A DNA stretch of 64,000 nt from NCBI RefSeq assembly GCF_009834535.1, contig NC_045697.1, forward strand, positions 42,224,001 to 42,288,000, read 5' to 3'. The DNA comes from Camelus ferus (lineage: Eukaryota). Below are positions 38,356-53,496 of the stretch, one piece after another (position 1 is the stretch's first letter; every line of letters begins with the position of its first letter). Below the pieces are notes generated by a model. That model was given only the letters and a program-made list of their open reading frames with translations. It was not told the origin of the DNA and searched no databases. The translations under genes and the position numbers were made by a program.

Positions 38356-41214
38356 TTTACATGTTCTTTACAATGGATACTTGGCTTATTCCAGTGTACT
38401 TGGGAATTTGAAGGCCACTCACAGTATCAGTGAATTTCCTCCCTTATCTTCTCTACCTCTCTGAATTGCTTTGACAGTGTACCTGAGGAACCACATTTCT
38501 AACAAACATGTCTCTAATGCTCCCAGGTTCCAGTTTTCGGTTTCTTGTGTGAAATCCTGTAGCATTCGTTTACTCCGTACTTACACATCCTGCATCATAT
38601 GCTACCTAGTTTACTAGTCAACTTCTACACATAATATATCTTTTTGATTACTCACTTGAAGACAGAGACCACATCTTAAATATTTTTGGGTTCCTCATTG
38701 TATACAGATGCAAAATAAATTTCCTCTGCTCTACCAATTTTGAGCAATTAGTAGCTGCTGCCTAGAGTGCCATGTTGAAAAACTTGTACAGCCTGTTTCC
38801 TGCCACAGTGAAAAAAACAACAAAAAACAAAAACAATTTTTTGACTAATTAGTGATAGTGTGGCGGGTATGACTGGGGAATGAAAGAAACAGGAGGTAGT
38901 GGAGAGGCAGAAAATGACAGCACTCATGCATGTGTGTGCTGAGCCTGTCACAGTACTTCAAATAGAACTTTGTACAATGTAGATTTCCATCTTTAATGAA
39001 ACTAGCTCAGATAGATGAATATAATTTGTCTAACATTTACATTAAAATTACAAACCATTAATTTAAGGGATTTTTTTAAAATTCAGGTTAAACATGCAGA
39101 GGAATTGAAGCCTTTTAATTTTAACAAATTTCTATCCACAAATAATCCCTGTGGTTGACCACCTAGTGAGTGAGGGCAAAAATGGATTAATTCTCCATCC
39201 TGGTTAAAGCTACAGAATAAGGATTAAATTGTATTGGGTTCACTGTCTCTGGATAAAAATTCTCAGTGTCTCTAACATCCTCTTGCTCCTTCTCACTTCC
39301 TCCATAAAGAATCTACACGAGTAAAGGAGGATAGAGTGCAGAGCACAGATGTCCTTGGGTGCATTGTGGTTCCCACCACATTGGCAGAAATGACTTCATG
39401 CTAATCCTCAGATGTGTGTTCCCTGCTGTCCACTGCTCTAAGGGCTATGACCTTGGTTCACCTTGCTGCTATGAGCCCTGCTGGCCTCCTTTGCTGCAGT
39501 TTAGAGTCAGTAAGTCATGATTCAGTGCTTTGGCTTTAGAAGCACTCACAGGGAACCTCAACCATCTAACCATTACCAACTCAGTCTGCTTTTAGTTCTT
39601 GATGCCTGCAACTTCTGAGTCTACAGCTCCTCCTCCACCTGATCCCAGGCTGAGTTGTCCACTCCATCCTGTGCTGTTGGGGTCATCTTGCCTCCTTCGA
39701 TAGTCCTGATTCTCAGCCCCAATTTTGTAAACTTCAAAGTACTTATCTGATCAGCGGTACACACCAGCTTTGATATGTGTAGCCTCCTCCCAGAGACCCA
39801 AACTAGATCAAGAGCCCTAACTTTCTTGAGCCCCTAAATTTAGTAAGTCCCTGAGTTTAACCTCAACCAAAGCCCCAAAAGGAAGCTGGGACACACACAT
39901 CTAAATGCTTTGGTATCTCCTTTTCTTTCCAACCTTCTTCATGCAAATACCTGGGCCAGCCTTGAGGAGAGAGAGCTTTCTTTTATTTCTCTTATATCAT
40001 GTCTTTCTTCTACCAGAAAAGGCCTGTCCTAGTAGAAAGGAGTGTATTCTTTACTCTGTTGGAGAAAACTGTGAATATTCCTGCAAACCTCATCTTAATT
40101 TGCTGAATGAGGGGATAAAGGAATTTGGAAAACTCCTTTTCAAGGCTATGGTAAGATCTGAAAGACTAACAGGTGGCATGGTTTTTTTAGTATGCATATC
40201 AGAAGGTGAATATTAACTAGGTCTTTCTCTTTGTATTCCATACTGTTTGTTCCTAATACAGTCCCAGACAATGTCTGCCCCTGGGGGAAAAGGGCAAAGG
40301 TCTTATATTCAAAAAGGCAAAAGAAAAATCACATTAACAGTTTTCAAACTACATTCTCAGTATACCTCAATGTCAGTAATACATAAAATAACGAGTGGTT
40401 GGTACACTCTGTTGATCAGAGGCCAAAATCAATAGTCTGACTCCCTGAAAGACCAGTTTACTTCAGTAGTTTATAGGTAAGTGTTAACTCCAACTTCAAG
40501 CTATCATTCTATAATTGCTGATTATTAGTTATGAAAGGGAATAGATAAACTGGTATGAATAAGTAGTACAAATTCTAATCATAATTCAAGATCATGATTG
40601 TAAAATAGGTGCCTTCATCATATTGACCATTAGTGTCACCTTTATAATATCCGATTGAATCTATGAAAATACTGCTATTCTGAGTCCATAAAATATTGTG
40701 GCAGGATTCCTCTTTTATAGCATACGGACCTCAGTTCTCCCCACTCCTAACTTAGGCTTACCGTAAAATTATGTAAAATTGTGTTGCATAAACACAAATA
40801 CATTAGGAATTTTCCTGCTTTTTATTTATGTACTATTTCTGAAGGTGGAAAAAAATGGTGTTCAAATAAAGCTAACTAGATTTTTAAAATATGTATGAGC
40901 CCAAAACTCTTTTGTCATTCTGTAAAAAAAGTATCTGGATCTTTAAATAAACAAATAGCCAGTTCTATAAGGGATCTCATTCATGTTTCTAAGCCTTGTC
41001 ATTTGACCAAACTGGTTTTGAATTCAGTGACTGTTCAATTGATGCATGAATGCCTATTTATGGCCTCTTTCAAATAAGAAGGCACATATTGCTCCTCAAT
41101 TAGAAAAAATACCCAGTGCTTTATTCATTCATGCAGTGTTTCCTTCACTCCATCCAGAGTGCAGGATCAGACACTGTGCTTAACTCAATTGGTTTCAAAC
41201 AACAACAAAAAGTA

Positions 41215-43070
41215 GGGCACTGGATTTCTGCCCCTGACTATGATAGAGTAAAGGGAAATGGACTCACCCCAACAAGTAAACAACCAGGAAATTGGACAAA
41301 GCACATTCAAAGAGTGTGTTCAGGCATCAGACAACAGGCAGCATAGGATGCTGACCCCTGAAGAAAGGTAAATGAATGGGGTGGTCCCTACAACTCTCCC
41401 GACTTTCTACCTGGAGACACTATCCAGGGCATGGCGTGGAGAAGGGTATCCTGAGTAAAACACAGATATCTCACTGAGTTAAGAAGACAGATCTGAATGT
41501 GTGAGCTGGGTGACTGGACTTTGAAGGGCAGAGATCTAGAGAGGAAAGCACTACAGTGCTGGAGCTCCAGAAATACACAGAGAGGCCTTGCTGAATACAA
41601 AGTCATGATGCACAGTGTAGATTCCCATAAGGCAGGACAAAGAGCAACCTGGGAGCTGAGATCTGAACAAGAGCTCAGTGGGCCTGGAAGACATCTGAGT
41701 CCATACTAGCCAAAGAGAGTCCTTCTTGGACCTGTGGGTATTCAGAAGAACCTCTAGAAGGAAAACACCTTAGTAGTAGGTCTAAACTAGGCGTAGATTA
41801 AAAGCTGTTCTAAACTCAAAAGTCAGAATTACTATAATAAAAAAATCAGAAAAAGATATTACAAGGAAGGAAAACTTCAGATTACTTCTCATAAACATAG
41901 ATGAAAAGTCTTTTAAAAATGTATACAAATAAAATTAAAATAATTTAAAAGGATAAAGTCATAACTAAATTGGAATCATCCCAGGAATGTAAGTGTGGCT
42001 TAATACTGAAAAATCAATGGATGTAGTTCAGTATATTAGCAAGAAAAAATATATTTATATATATAAAGAAAAACTACCTAACTGAAAAGGCAATTATAGA
42101 TGATCAGTAAGCATTTGAAAACATGCTCAATAATATTTGCTTTCAGAGAAGTGCAAATTAAAAAACCATAATGAGAAACAACAAGGATTTACTGTAGCGC
42201 ACAGGGAACTACGTTTAATATCTTGTAATAAACTATAATGGAAAAGAATTTTTAAAAGAATCTAAATATATACATGTATATATGTACAACCAAATTACTT
42301 TGCTGTACACCTGAAACTAATACAATATTGTAAATCAAGTATATGTCAGTAAAATAAATAACACAATAAGATATTACTACATGTTAGAATAACTAATGTT
42401 AAAAATATTCACAATTGCAAATATTGTGAAGGATATGGAGCAACTGGGACTCTCACACTTTTCTGAAAGCATAAAATGGTATAACTACTTTAGAAAATAA
42501 TTTGGCAGTGTTTTCACAAAATTAAACAAACACTTATCAGATGATACAGATGAATACCTGCTACTACCCGGTATTCACTCAAGACAAATGAAACCTTGTG
42601 CCCACACAAAGAATCATATGTGCATATCTTATAGCAGGTTTATTTGTATGGTAAACTTGAAATAACCCAAATGTCTATCAATGAATGAATAGATACGTTT
42701 TGGTATATCACAAAATTGAATGCTTCTCAACAATAAATAGGAACAGCTATTGAGTCACAAATGAATGAATCTCAAAAATATGCTGAGTAAAAGAAGCTAG
42801 ACAGAAAAGAGTGTGCATTTTATGGTTCCACTTAAATGCAATTCCAGAAAAGGCAAAACTATGATTAGTTAGTGGTTGACTAGAGCTGAAAGTAAAAGTA
42901 TAATTGAACAGGTACACAAAAGAATGCTTTGGGATGATGTAAATGTTCTCCAGGTTGATTTTGGGGGTGGTTACAAAAGTATATGCATTTTTCAGCTCAT
43001 CTAACCATGAACTTAAAATTAGTGGATCTTATTGTGTATGTAAATTATATCCTGAGAAAGTTGTTCAAAA
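41215..43070 (+). mobile_element. Old L1M composite (5' region, ORF2 pieces, L1MC/ME-type 3'UTR)
   Basis: gtgaaggatatggagcaactgggactctcacac; tgctgagtaaaagaagctagacag; ends tgtaaattatatcctgagaaagttg. Confidence 0.85.
42178..42360 (+). mobile_element. 5'-truncated artiodactyl-type L1 3' end nested in the older L1
   Basis: gcacagggaactac...tgctgtacacctgaaactaatacaatattgtaaatcaa plus an A-rich tail. Confidence 0.85.
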
Positions 43071-43999
43071 AATTGGGGGGAGGGGAGGGAGTAATTCCCT
43101 ACCTTTTGCATTTATTCTGAGTCAGATTGTGAATTCAAATAATGAGATATTTGCTCAACCTTGAATATGACACCCTGATGGTCTATAATTATCAGAAGTC
43201 CACATATAGCACAACTATTCTTTTAAATCATTGCTCTATGAACTCTAGTTTTTCAGGTGATATCTTCTAAGAGGATCAGTGGCTTCTAGATTGCTTTGGA
43301 ACTGCCTTAAAATGATGACATAAGCATCATCAAATGAGGGTCATAGGTAGATCAGAAAAAGACCTCAAATTAGGTGTGAGCTCTATTGCATAGCTATGGA
43401 GAGTTTCTTAGGGTGCAATAAAGTATATAACTAAGGACTTATGATTTACCGTAAGTATAACTCGGGAAAATGGAGACAGGATGAAAACAGAAGTCTAACT
43501 CCCTATCTACTTACTCTTGAAATGAGTCAAAACTTGTAACTTCATCTTGGAAAGAAGTTTCTAGGATTGTTATTGACCATGGATTGCTAAAAACAAATGA
43601 TACAAGCAGAAGTGTCAGGATGTTAGAGCAACAGTCAGTAGGAATGAGATAAATTACCATTTTTCTTGTGTTAGAGTTCTAAGAGATTTTCTTCTAGGGA
43701 AAAAAAAAGTATATGTTTTAAGCTTAAAAAGTAGCAAATTTCCTTGAATGTATCTGAACTTATTTAATTAGCATACCCTTTTAAATTAGAAAACTACCAA
43801 CATAATTTTTCTTAGTATTGAGCAGAGAAAAATAATCTATATTTACACATGTTAAAATGATCTTAAGTGACCTTTTCAAATGCTACCTGCAAAAAACACC
43901 CTATTATTATCTTTGGCAGTTTAAATACAGAAAAGATTTTGCTGAAACAAGCATGGATACCTTAAATAGTGGAGCGGCATTATAGGGAAAATGCCAGTT

Positions 44000-44570
44000 A
44001 ATTCTCTACAACTAGAGATCTCTTTCTATTACATAAGTTATTGCATGATAAGAAAGTTCTGGGGCCTTCCCACTGTCTCTGGGATAAGTTTCAAGCTCTT
44101 TGGTATGGCAATATGTGATCATTCATACCCTAACCCCTTCTTACTTTACCAGCCACATATTCAATTACCCTCCCAGTCTCTGCCTTCCCTAAAAACTAAC
44201 TCAATCCTCATTCACAAATGTCCAGTACTTTTTGTATCTCTATCCTTCATACGTCTCCTTCTCTTTTTCTTCCTATTGTTGATATACATCATCCCTTGTG
44301 AGGCTTGGCTCAAATACTGCCTCCCCTGTAAAGCCTAGCTCGGTTCATCGTATTCTCCTCGTCCCTGGTATGCAGCTTTATTCCAGCATGTATCACAGGA
44401 CACTATTACTTTTGTGTGCCAGCCTCCTTGACTACATTAGATTTTTTTTTTCAGAGCCAGAACTATACTCTATTTATTCTTGTTAGTTTATTTCTTAATT
44501 ATTACATATCCCATTGCTCGTATGGTCATTGTGAAGAGCAGAAACACAATGAAGTCTAATGAATTGAATT
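44000..44570 (+). mobile_element. L2 fragments
   Basis: ggctcaaatactgcctcccctgtaaagcct and a degenerate L2 tail. Confidence 0.5.
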
Positions 44571-45129
44571 TACTGATCTCTTGTTTGTTTTATTTTTGGT
44601 ATAAGTGAAGTTATTTTGTTGTGCTCCTTTTTTTTCTTTTTGTTCCTCTCTGACCTCACTCATTTCTCTCGAATGTAGTGTTTTTTAAGGCTGATAAAAT
44701 ATGCTTAATTCTTGGTGGGGCTCTTTAGAACTTCTGAAAAAGAAAAAAAAATTCTTATTTGCAAAGTAGTGATAAAGAGACTTAGATCATTACTACTATG
44801 GACAACTGCTCACAGTGCATGTATCTTTGGGAGACAGTCAATATAATTTAAAGGCAATGTTTTACGTAGAAAATGCTAAGTATACGAGGTCTCCAATAGC
44901 TTTTCCTTACACCCAGTGGAACAGAGTTAAGTTATAATACAAAATCACACTTGCCAACTTAAATTCAAAACTAGAGAAAAAGTCTTTATGACAGCATGTA
45001 GAAGCATCAGGGCATCACACTCAAAGCTTTTTCATACAGAGAAGTTTCTCATGGGTTTCTCATTTTATTTTATTTTGTAAATGTCTACAAACCACAGGCA
45101 ATATTACAAGTAATTTTAAATGTCAAAGC

Positions 45130-45310
45130 TTCAACTTCCCATAACAAAATCCTGTGAGATAGGGACTATTATTAGCATTATTTTTTAGATGAATGTGAGG
45201 CTAAGTTATTTGTCCAAAGACTTGAAACTAATGAGTGACTGAACCAGAATTTGAATCCAAGCAGTCTGGCTCCATGGTCTGTGATCTTAACCGCTTTTCA
45301 ATACAGCCTT
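45130..45310 (-). mobile_element. MIR SINE
   Basis: cctgtgagatagggactattatt...gaatttgaatccaagcagtctggctcc. Confidence 0.8.
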
Positions 45311-46519
45311 TCCCATGACTCACAGACTTACAGGAGCAGGAAAGGAGCAGGACCAGGTTCCCATGAGTGAGGAGAATTAGCTTACCACTAAATACCATAT
45401 ATCTAAGAGTTAGTAAGGAAGTTGCCATTGAGGCTACAAGGTTGCTACATCTTATATAAGTATCATTTTTCTTTTAAGTTGGGGTACATATTCAGCCTTC
45501 CCAATATTTTGTACATAAGAGTAACTTAAAAATGACAGTGATAGTAGCAGTCATATAAAATCAACCCAAACACCTTGATTCTCTAAGGTCCATTTCTCAG
45601 AATGTAAATGTGTCTTCTCTCAGTAATAACAATTTTTAAATTCACAGGTGTTTGAGCTATCACTGACCTCCACTTCTGATGCAAATGAGCTCTTCCTTTT
45701 GAATATTACTACATAAATTATTCAAAAACAATCCCTGTGCCTTATATGTATTATTTAAGTTCAAAAAGTCATTAGGAACTTAAATTTTCTTAAAAAACTA
45801 TCTGTTTTAAAAATGAGCACCAGTTGAAGTCTTATGAAATCCAGAGACGTCTGAAAACTGTGAATGGATTTAGCACAACCAAATAGGAGCAGTGGGTGGA
45901 GGAGAGGAGAGTTGATCCCTATTTGATCGAGCTGGGCTTCCCACAAATAATCAATAAATATACCTGAGTCTCTGGGAACTGAATTGTCCACGTGTGCAGA
46001 AGGATTTGCGAAGAGGTGTGTCTTGCAATTTATCTCTAAGCTGGGTATTCAGACATTTCTAAAAATAGGTAAACCCAAGGGAGGAGATGATGGTGTTGGG
46101 TCCTGCCAGTCTTCAAATACCAAAAGAAGACGTCATGAGTTAAGAAGTCTGTCAGGTCTGAGGAGGAGGATTAACAGTTTGGCTTCTGGGGGCCATCAGA
46201 GAAAAAGGGCCTTTAGGATAATTTCTATTCCAGACTCCTATAACTCACCTTGACTCTCAGCAGTGGGTGGAAAACTGTGACTACATCTATGTCCTCCTAA
46301 TTATTGAGAAGGGCCAAAAGAGGAAAGGGAAGATTTGACCAAAGGACAGAAATTATTTCCAGGAACAATTACCTAAAAATGACAACATTGTCTAATAACA
46401 TGCAATGCTGTAAGTGCATATAAATACAAAGATACAAGCCAAATTTTATATACGTGTGTGTGTGTGTGTGTACATGATATTAGAAGAACTATGTGAATCC
46501 AAATATGAATGGACAACAC

Positions 46520-46700
46520 TATAAAATCTTGGAAATAATAGCTATTCTTGAATTGATGAAGGGCTTTTACTAAGAGATAAATTAAACCTATTCTACGTAG
46601 CTCCAAAGAACAGGGCTAGGATCAAAGAGTGAGAATTAAAGGGAAAATGAATCTCACTCCAGTAAAGAGAAGAACCTTCTAAAATATTGAGCATAATTCC
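46520..46700 (+). mobile_element. L3/CR1 fragment
   Basis: gtagctccaaagaacagggctaggatcaa...gaagaaccttctaaaa. Confidence 0.55.
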
Positions 46701-48099
46701 CTTTCCTATATTTTTTCTTTGAGAGCCTTCCACTACCTCTACTATAGTCTTCTTTTTATGGCACATCTATTTACCTCCTTGTTATTGCCTGATGCTTGAA
46801 CTTCCTATAAATTAATTTGGCAATGCAAAAAAATTTTTTTTCAGGTTCTATAGCTAATGTAAGAATATTTTAAATAAGTAAGGGGTATTGCTGGTTAAAC
46901 CAAACATCTGATTAATTTTATGGTGTTTTCTATAATGGGTGTTTATATATTAAACTATCTAATAAATAATCATCTTTTGAGGAAGTTTAAAACAAAATGT
47001 GTCCCAAGTATTTAATACATTCTCTTGGTAAATAATTATGTCCTTCATTTCTTGGCAGAGAACATCGATGTAAAGATTTTGTAAATAACTAAGAAAAGTG
47101 CATCCAACTGGTCCCCTGAGGAAAGAAATAAGAATATCATAGCTGCCAACAGCCACTTTTTCTAACCATGAACTACAAGAGACCTACATATGCTCACATC
47201 AAAATATGTACAACTGCATCATTCCAGAGAACCAAAAAGAGGTAGGAATATTACTAAATGACAAAAACTTCTCTAATTAGCAGAAAGCACGCTTGACCTT
47301 TTCTCCTAACTGCGTAGGATGAAGATCCCTCTAGTATGTGAGAAAACATAATTGTGAAACCACTGATTAGTTCCTGTTCTACCTTAGGTAGAGCCATGGT
47401 TCTTTCCTAACTAAGACGTGAGACGCAATGTGAAGAAGACACATTGAGAGCCTCTGTATCTCAACAAGGGCCCCCAGGCCCTCGAGACCGGGTCCAGTCC
47501 ATCGCAGTGGGCCCCATTCCCTTCTGCAACCTGAACAGGGGACAGTGGGCTTCACACATATTTATCTTCATTCCATATCTCTGTCCACACCAGATGAGGC
47601 AGAGAGCATCAAAACTGCCATCTGACTTCCCATAGGCTCTGAAAAAGTTTTCCTATTTGAAAGACCAATATTTCAGGTTGCCAGTCCTGTGGCATGGTTG
47701 TTTGCTGGTATTAAACCAGAGAATATGACTGTTTCAGTTCCGAAAAATTCACTGATGCTTATTCGGGACTGGTATTAGCTATGGGTGAGTGGTTTGGCAG
47801 AGAGAAATGTGCACAGTGTTGAGAACAGCGTTCACTTATCATCTGATCATAAACCATTTTTTGCCCCTAAGCACATTCTTTAACACCTCACAGAACTAAT
47901 GTTTCACGAAAAAATTTCTCAGACACCGGTTCAGTCATTCATCCACATTCACATACATGCACACGCGCCTCTGAACAGTACCAATGAAGTGCCTAATATA
48001 TGGGAGCCTAGTGACATTATTTAGGGACATACAAATCCTTCTAATAACAAATGCTAAATCATAATGACAAGCTAGAAAGTTGAAATAAATGCCTGTCAA

Positions 48100-48600
48100 G
48101 TCTGAATAATAAATATTTACCAGAATGGTTTAAAATATTCATACTCCTTGAACCAGTTAGTCCAAAATCTGTCTCAAGGAAAAAATACAAAATTCAAGCA
48201 AATATTTATGTCCCCCGATTTTTTATTGCAATGTTATTTATAATAGCAAAAAAAAAAAAAAAACCTAGAAGTAACATAAATATCCAACAATAGGGGAATT
48301 AAATTATGGGATCTCTGTTTATCCAGAATATTCCTCAGTGATTAAAAGTTGTGTTTCCTTAAAATATATAATGTGGGAAGATGTTTATGATATCATATTT
48401 GGTGGAAAGCCAACAATTTAAAATTGTACAGACAATATAATCTCAGTGTATAAGACATATGCACATAGAAAAAGGCTGAGCAGATACATATCAAAGTGAT
48501 GAAGTACTTATTTCTAAAGAGTGAGGTAACTCATGTTATTTTTCTTTGTACATTCTGGTATCAACAAAATTTTCCACAATTGATAAAAATTGCTTTTATT
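48100..48600 (+). mobile_element. L1ME-type 3' region
   Basis: attgcaatgttatttataatagcaaaa...aaatatccaacaataggggaat. Confidence 0.7.
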
Positions 48601-49559
48601 AGCAGGAGACAAAAATAAATTTCCCTTCCTTATAAAGCTGGCTTCTCCTGGAGAAGCCATTCTCTAGGCTTTTTATCTCCTAGCATGCTGCTTCTCTAAT
48701 GATGGTTTCCCAAAATTTAATTAATAATTATTGAAGTGAGAGAAAAGAAAGTTAAACAGAATGTGACCGCCTCAAACATCCTTCTTTTAAAGGGAATTTG
48801 GATTTCATGACAACTAGTGGGGTAACTTGATCATTTAGGAGGAGAAATCTCCCCCCACCACACACACACACCCCCCCCCCGCCCCCGGAGCAGTGAAAGG
48901 CAGTCCTAGTCTCTGCCCCTTGAGATCTTTGGCTTCCTCTTACCTCCTTCAAGATGTCAATCAAGTTCCTGATGGGCTGGGGAAAACTGAATCCAAAGCA
49001 GACCATTATTAGTTTGCCTTGCCAGCTCTGAGAACGTTAGGCTCTCTGGGAATTAAGAGCCATGTGGTTGCTAGGCACTGCTGATCTCAGATGTGTGACT
49101 TCATTAACTACAAGTTACACAAGATCAGAAATCAAGCCCTGGAAAGGGGACTAGGCATCCAAGTCACTAGTCTCTTTTCAGTCACTGTGAAAGGATTTTT
49201 CCTAAACTGAATGGAGGAAAAGAAGCTTCTATGCAGCGATTTGGACAAATATGCACTTACAAACAGTGTTACAATTAGACAGTATGTTGACATCTCCCCC
49301 AGCTGTCCTGTCATTCTTCCATCCAACTTTCCATTATACAACTGTTGTGTGTACTGTGTGAGTATGTTTGACATGAATGGTTAAGAGCAACACATGTAAA
49401 ATCTAATCTTTTTTGGCTTTATTAGTTTCAAAAAATTTATATTTCAAAAACTATTTGAGGGGCTACTATGTGAACAACACTGCAATGTAGGTGAAACCAA
49501 GAGGATGGAAAAGAGATAAGTGAAACATGGTTCATACTCACACAGTCAGGGAAGCAAAA

Positions 49560-50780
49560 CAAATTCTCCTTGTGATCAAAAAACAGCATAACAGAAGTCT
49601 CATTTCTAAATGCATGTGACTCTCCATCCAGCAGCCCCTTCCTCCATACCTTCCTTCATTATTTTCTCAGCCACTAACTGGCCTCATCAAAAATGAGTAA
49701 TAAACAGAAAAGAATCGTTCCAGGACCTATACACAAAAGCTACAAAAATGACTAAGAGAAAGAGAGAGAGATGAAAAATCCATATAGAGATGAAGAGTTT
49801 ACACTAATCATTCAATAATTTAAAAAACAAATTTTAAGTAACTTAAAAATAATTTTAAAATAAAGTATTATCTATTTTAAGATGAAAAATTGAGGGCTCA
49901 AAAATAGGGGTGAAAGCTAGGGACAAAAAAACTAAGCATAAAAAATCACACAAAGTAAAACAGAAATTACAAAAAAGATGATAAATAGGAAAGGAGACAA
50001 GTTATCTGCGATATACCTAGTGTTCATAATTCAGAGAACAGAACAAGTGGATCGGGAGAAACATTCAAAAATATCGTAGAGGAAAATATTATTGAAATAA
50101 AAATTTAAACTGAAGATTGCAATGGCTCACCACGTACCAAGGAAAAAAAGTAGATACTTATCAAAGATAGGATGCGTCCCTTGGAAGCTGGACACAAAAA
50201 TTTTACACAAAGTGAGCAACATCAAGATATATTTAGGGAAAGTTACACAATTACAAGGATTAAAAAGGAAATCATAAGGGGTCAGGAAGAAAAGGCAAGG
50301 TACATGTAAGCCAAGCAAGGAAGCAGGGAAAATGTGAACTTGCCAATCAATTTCTTCACTTTTTATGGCGCTGTCTAAAGTGGAAACTGGTCCTTAAGTA
50401 TAAATAAAGAAAGAAATGAGTGCTTTAACTTTTATTTTTCTTTAGCTTTAGGGAAATACTTAAAGACCCAAATCATGTTTCTTGTGGTAGAGAAACATTT
50501 ATTTGAAGTCTTCTGCTTCAGATAATTTAGCAATTCCTTTTTATTTCAGAGGATTATATTTTTGTTAATATAATTAAAATTCAACTTAATGGTTAAAATT
50601 TGAATGTAGTCTACTGTCATCCTTTTGTTTTCCTAAAATTATCTTCAAAAAAATCTCTCTCTACATATGGATAGAAAGATGTTTGAAATGTTAGCAAATT
50701 TGGTTATTTCTTGGTTGTGAAATTTGAGAATGCTGTTTTTAAATTTTCTTTCTTTATACTTTTCTATACTGCTTGAATTT
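49560..50780 (+). mobile_element. Very old L1/HAL1-like remnant
   Basis: A-rich ORF1-like phrases (tgaagattgcaatggctcaccacgtacca); boundaries uncertain. Confidence 0.45.
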
Positions 50781-50784
50781 ATAA

Positions 50785-50943
50785 ATAGAATATCTTAGAT
50801 TTTTGTGGTAGCTCACAGAAAAAAAATGTGACAATGAATACATGTATGTTAACGTATAAATGAAAAATTGTGCTGTACACTGGAAATTGACACAACATTG
50901 TAAATTGACTATAACTCAATAAAAAAAAATGTGGAAAAAAAAC
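50785..50943 (+). mobile_element. Short young L1 3' tail (camelid-like)
   Basis: gaaaaattgtgctgtacactggaaattgacacaacattgtaaattgactataactcaataaaaaaa. Confidence 0.85.
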
Positions 50944-53496
50944 CCAGAAATTATGTATCAACAAAGACAATAATTTGAAATGCTTTCTCCAGGAAAAATA
51001 AGTAATTTGTATGTATTTAATTTGTCCATCACTGTCTGCGGACAGGTATCATGATTTCAGGCAAGAACTAAACTGTGGGCTCTATGCAAAGAACATCACT
51101 CTAAGAATCACACCAGATGAAAGACAACACAGGAAATTCATGTGTCAGGTCTCTACACCTGTCAAAGCAAAGATTAAAAATATTTGCAACATCAATGCTT
51201 TTTAGTCACTCATTTATACAGTACTCTAATGTACACTGGATCATTTTTCTTTCTTTAGCTACTTTTATTCAGGGAACTAAAGCTGCAGAAAAACAGTCAC
51301 ACTTTGACATTAATTTATAGTTACAGCAAAAGGCTCAGAACATAGGTTAGAAAAACCACAATGAATTGTGTGAGTTGATTTTGGTGAGTTCTGTTATCTT
51401 ATGGTTACATTGTGGATGCCCAAATAGGCATACTTTTCTTAATCTTTTAGCAATATTCTTGATTGAGACCCTCACAATTCTAACTAAGGTTGGGGGGAGC
51501 CCTAAATGACCCTCCTGCTTTTCATCTCTTTCCTTGTCCCCAAACCCCATCCTCATTCATCCTCTAAGGTATATGCCATTCCAGAATGATCTTTCTGAAA
51601 GCCAAATCTGTTTTTCTTACTTCTGTACTTAAAATTCTTTAATAAATACCCAATGCCTTTTCTGTAAAATCAAACCTTGTTATGTCGTAGAAAGTCTGTT
51701 ATGTCCTGACCCCTACTTCCTACTATAAGTAAATTTTAGAAGAGAAGAATGTCTCCCCTCTTTTGGCTTTTCATTGAGGAAGAACTGCTCCTTAGCACAG
51801 GTCTGGCCTCTTTCCTTTTTTGACTCAATTCTCCCCTGAGGAGGTAAGAGATCTGCTTGGTAAATTTGGGGGAACACAAACTGGAGCGTGCAGTGTGAAC
51901 GTCATTCTTCCCCGAGGGAGGAAGCTGCTCACGGGAGCATGGTTTCTGCTCCTCCTCTGAGTCTCTGAGTCCCTGTCTATCCCGGTCCATTGATTGGGCC
52001 AGGAAATCTAATCCATCTGGACTTTAGAATTATTGAACTTATTTAGCTACCGAAACTAAAACCACATGCTCAACCTAGCCACTATCAGAAAAAAACAAGA
52101 TATTAAGCTCCTTTGTACTTTTAGTCCCCTCAACTTTCTCAGCATCCTGGTGAGAGATAAGGGTACTACTTACTGAATGCTTCTGCAGAGACCCCAATAG
52201 AAGCTCACAGTTCACTGAGGCATCACACTTTGCCAAATACTGTGCTGACAGGTTATGTCATTTGGTCATTGCAAACCTCCACCTCTCCACAGCCCCTGAC
52301 ACTTGGCCCTTGGCTCCTCAAACCCCCTCATCACCCCACGTCCTCAACCTCCACGTTGTGTCCACTGAGCTTGTAGGAGAGGGAAGATTGTCTACTCCAA
52401 TGTGCACAATAACGAGATGGAAATTTCAGAATAATCAAGAGACAAAAATGCCAAGGTGTTTTGCATATGCTGACTTTCCTATGAAATGCAGCATTCAAAC
52501 AGTATTTAGTTATCATATGCACTTTTCTGTACCTTCTGCCCACACGTGGGAAATGTCAGTGATGCAAACGGTTCTGGGCCTCAAAGCTGATGTTTCTAGC
52601 TTAGTGATTAAAGATAGATGACAGAGAGAGGGTTTCCTGACAACAGCCGAGCTACTCTGGGGAATTTTTAACACAGAGTTCCTACTGGGGAACAAAAGAA
52701 TATGTTTAATCTTTTATTTTCCCTGGAATATGATTTAGAGCCCCTGTTAAAAATGAATTACATACTCCACCATGATAAAATACCACTAGAACTTAACTAA
52801 TGGAAAAATAACATTACATTTTACTTTTGAATTGTTTTTGCAAAGGATCTAATGTCTCCTTAAACAAATTAGAGGAACATAGTTATCAAAAGAGTAAGCC
52901 AGTGAGATTCCTTTAAAAAGGAGTTTCATACAAGGATTTACTTGCTATGTCTTATCTCCTAACATATCTTTGGAGACATATTATAGGAAAGGAAGGAGTT
53001 ATGTTGGCCTACCTTGCTTAAAAATAATTGTCCCATACTATTATCCTTTGTTTTGGTAAAAACAAATGTAATTGAATCATTACATGGTCAGTGCTTGAAG
53101 GTTAGTCCATGTCAGGAGTTCTCCAAAATCTAATATAATAATACCATGTTGCTCTCTCTTCTGATCCTTAGTCCCAGCTTTTTATTTTTTTTTTAAGGTT
53201 CTGTCCCTGAGATAGAACTTGTGACACAAAAATAAAACTGACTCCTGTTAGCTCTTTGAAACAAATAATGCCATTAATTAATATACTTATAAACCAACAA
53301 ACATAGATCAAAGTAAAAATAAAGAATTCATTTTAAAAAGAATTTATTTTTTGCATCTTTGACATTTTAAAAGCAATACTGAGTATTAAGATAAATGATA
53401 ATGTAATAAATAAATAAGGAAAGGATAATAGGAAAACTACAGATAAATATTTTCCAAATAAAGTATTAAAAATTTCTAAATAAATATAAAAAAAAG

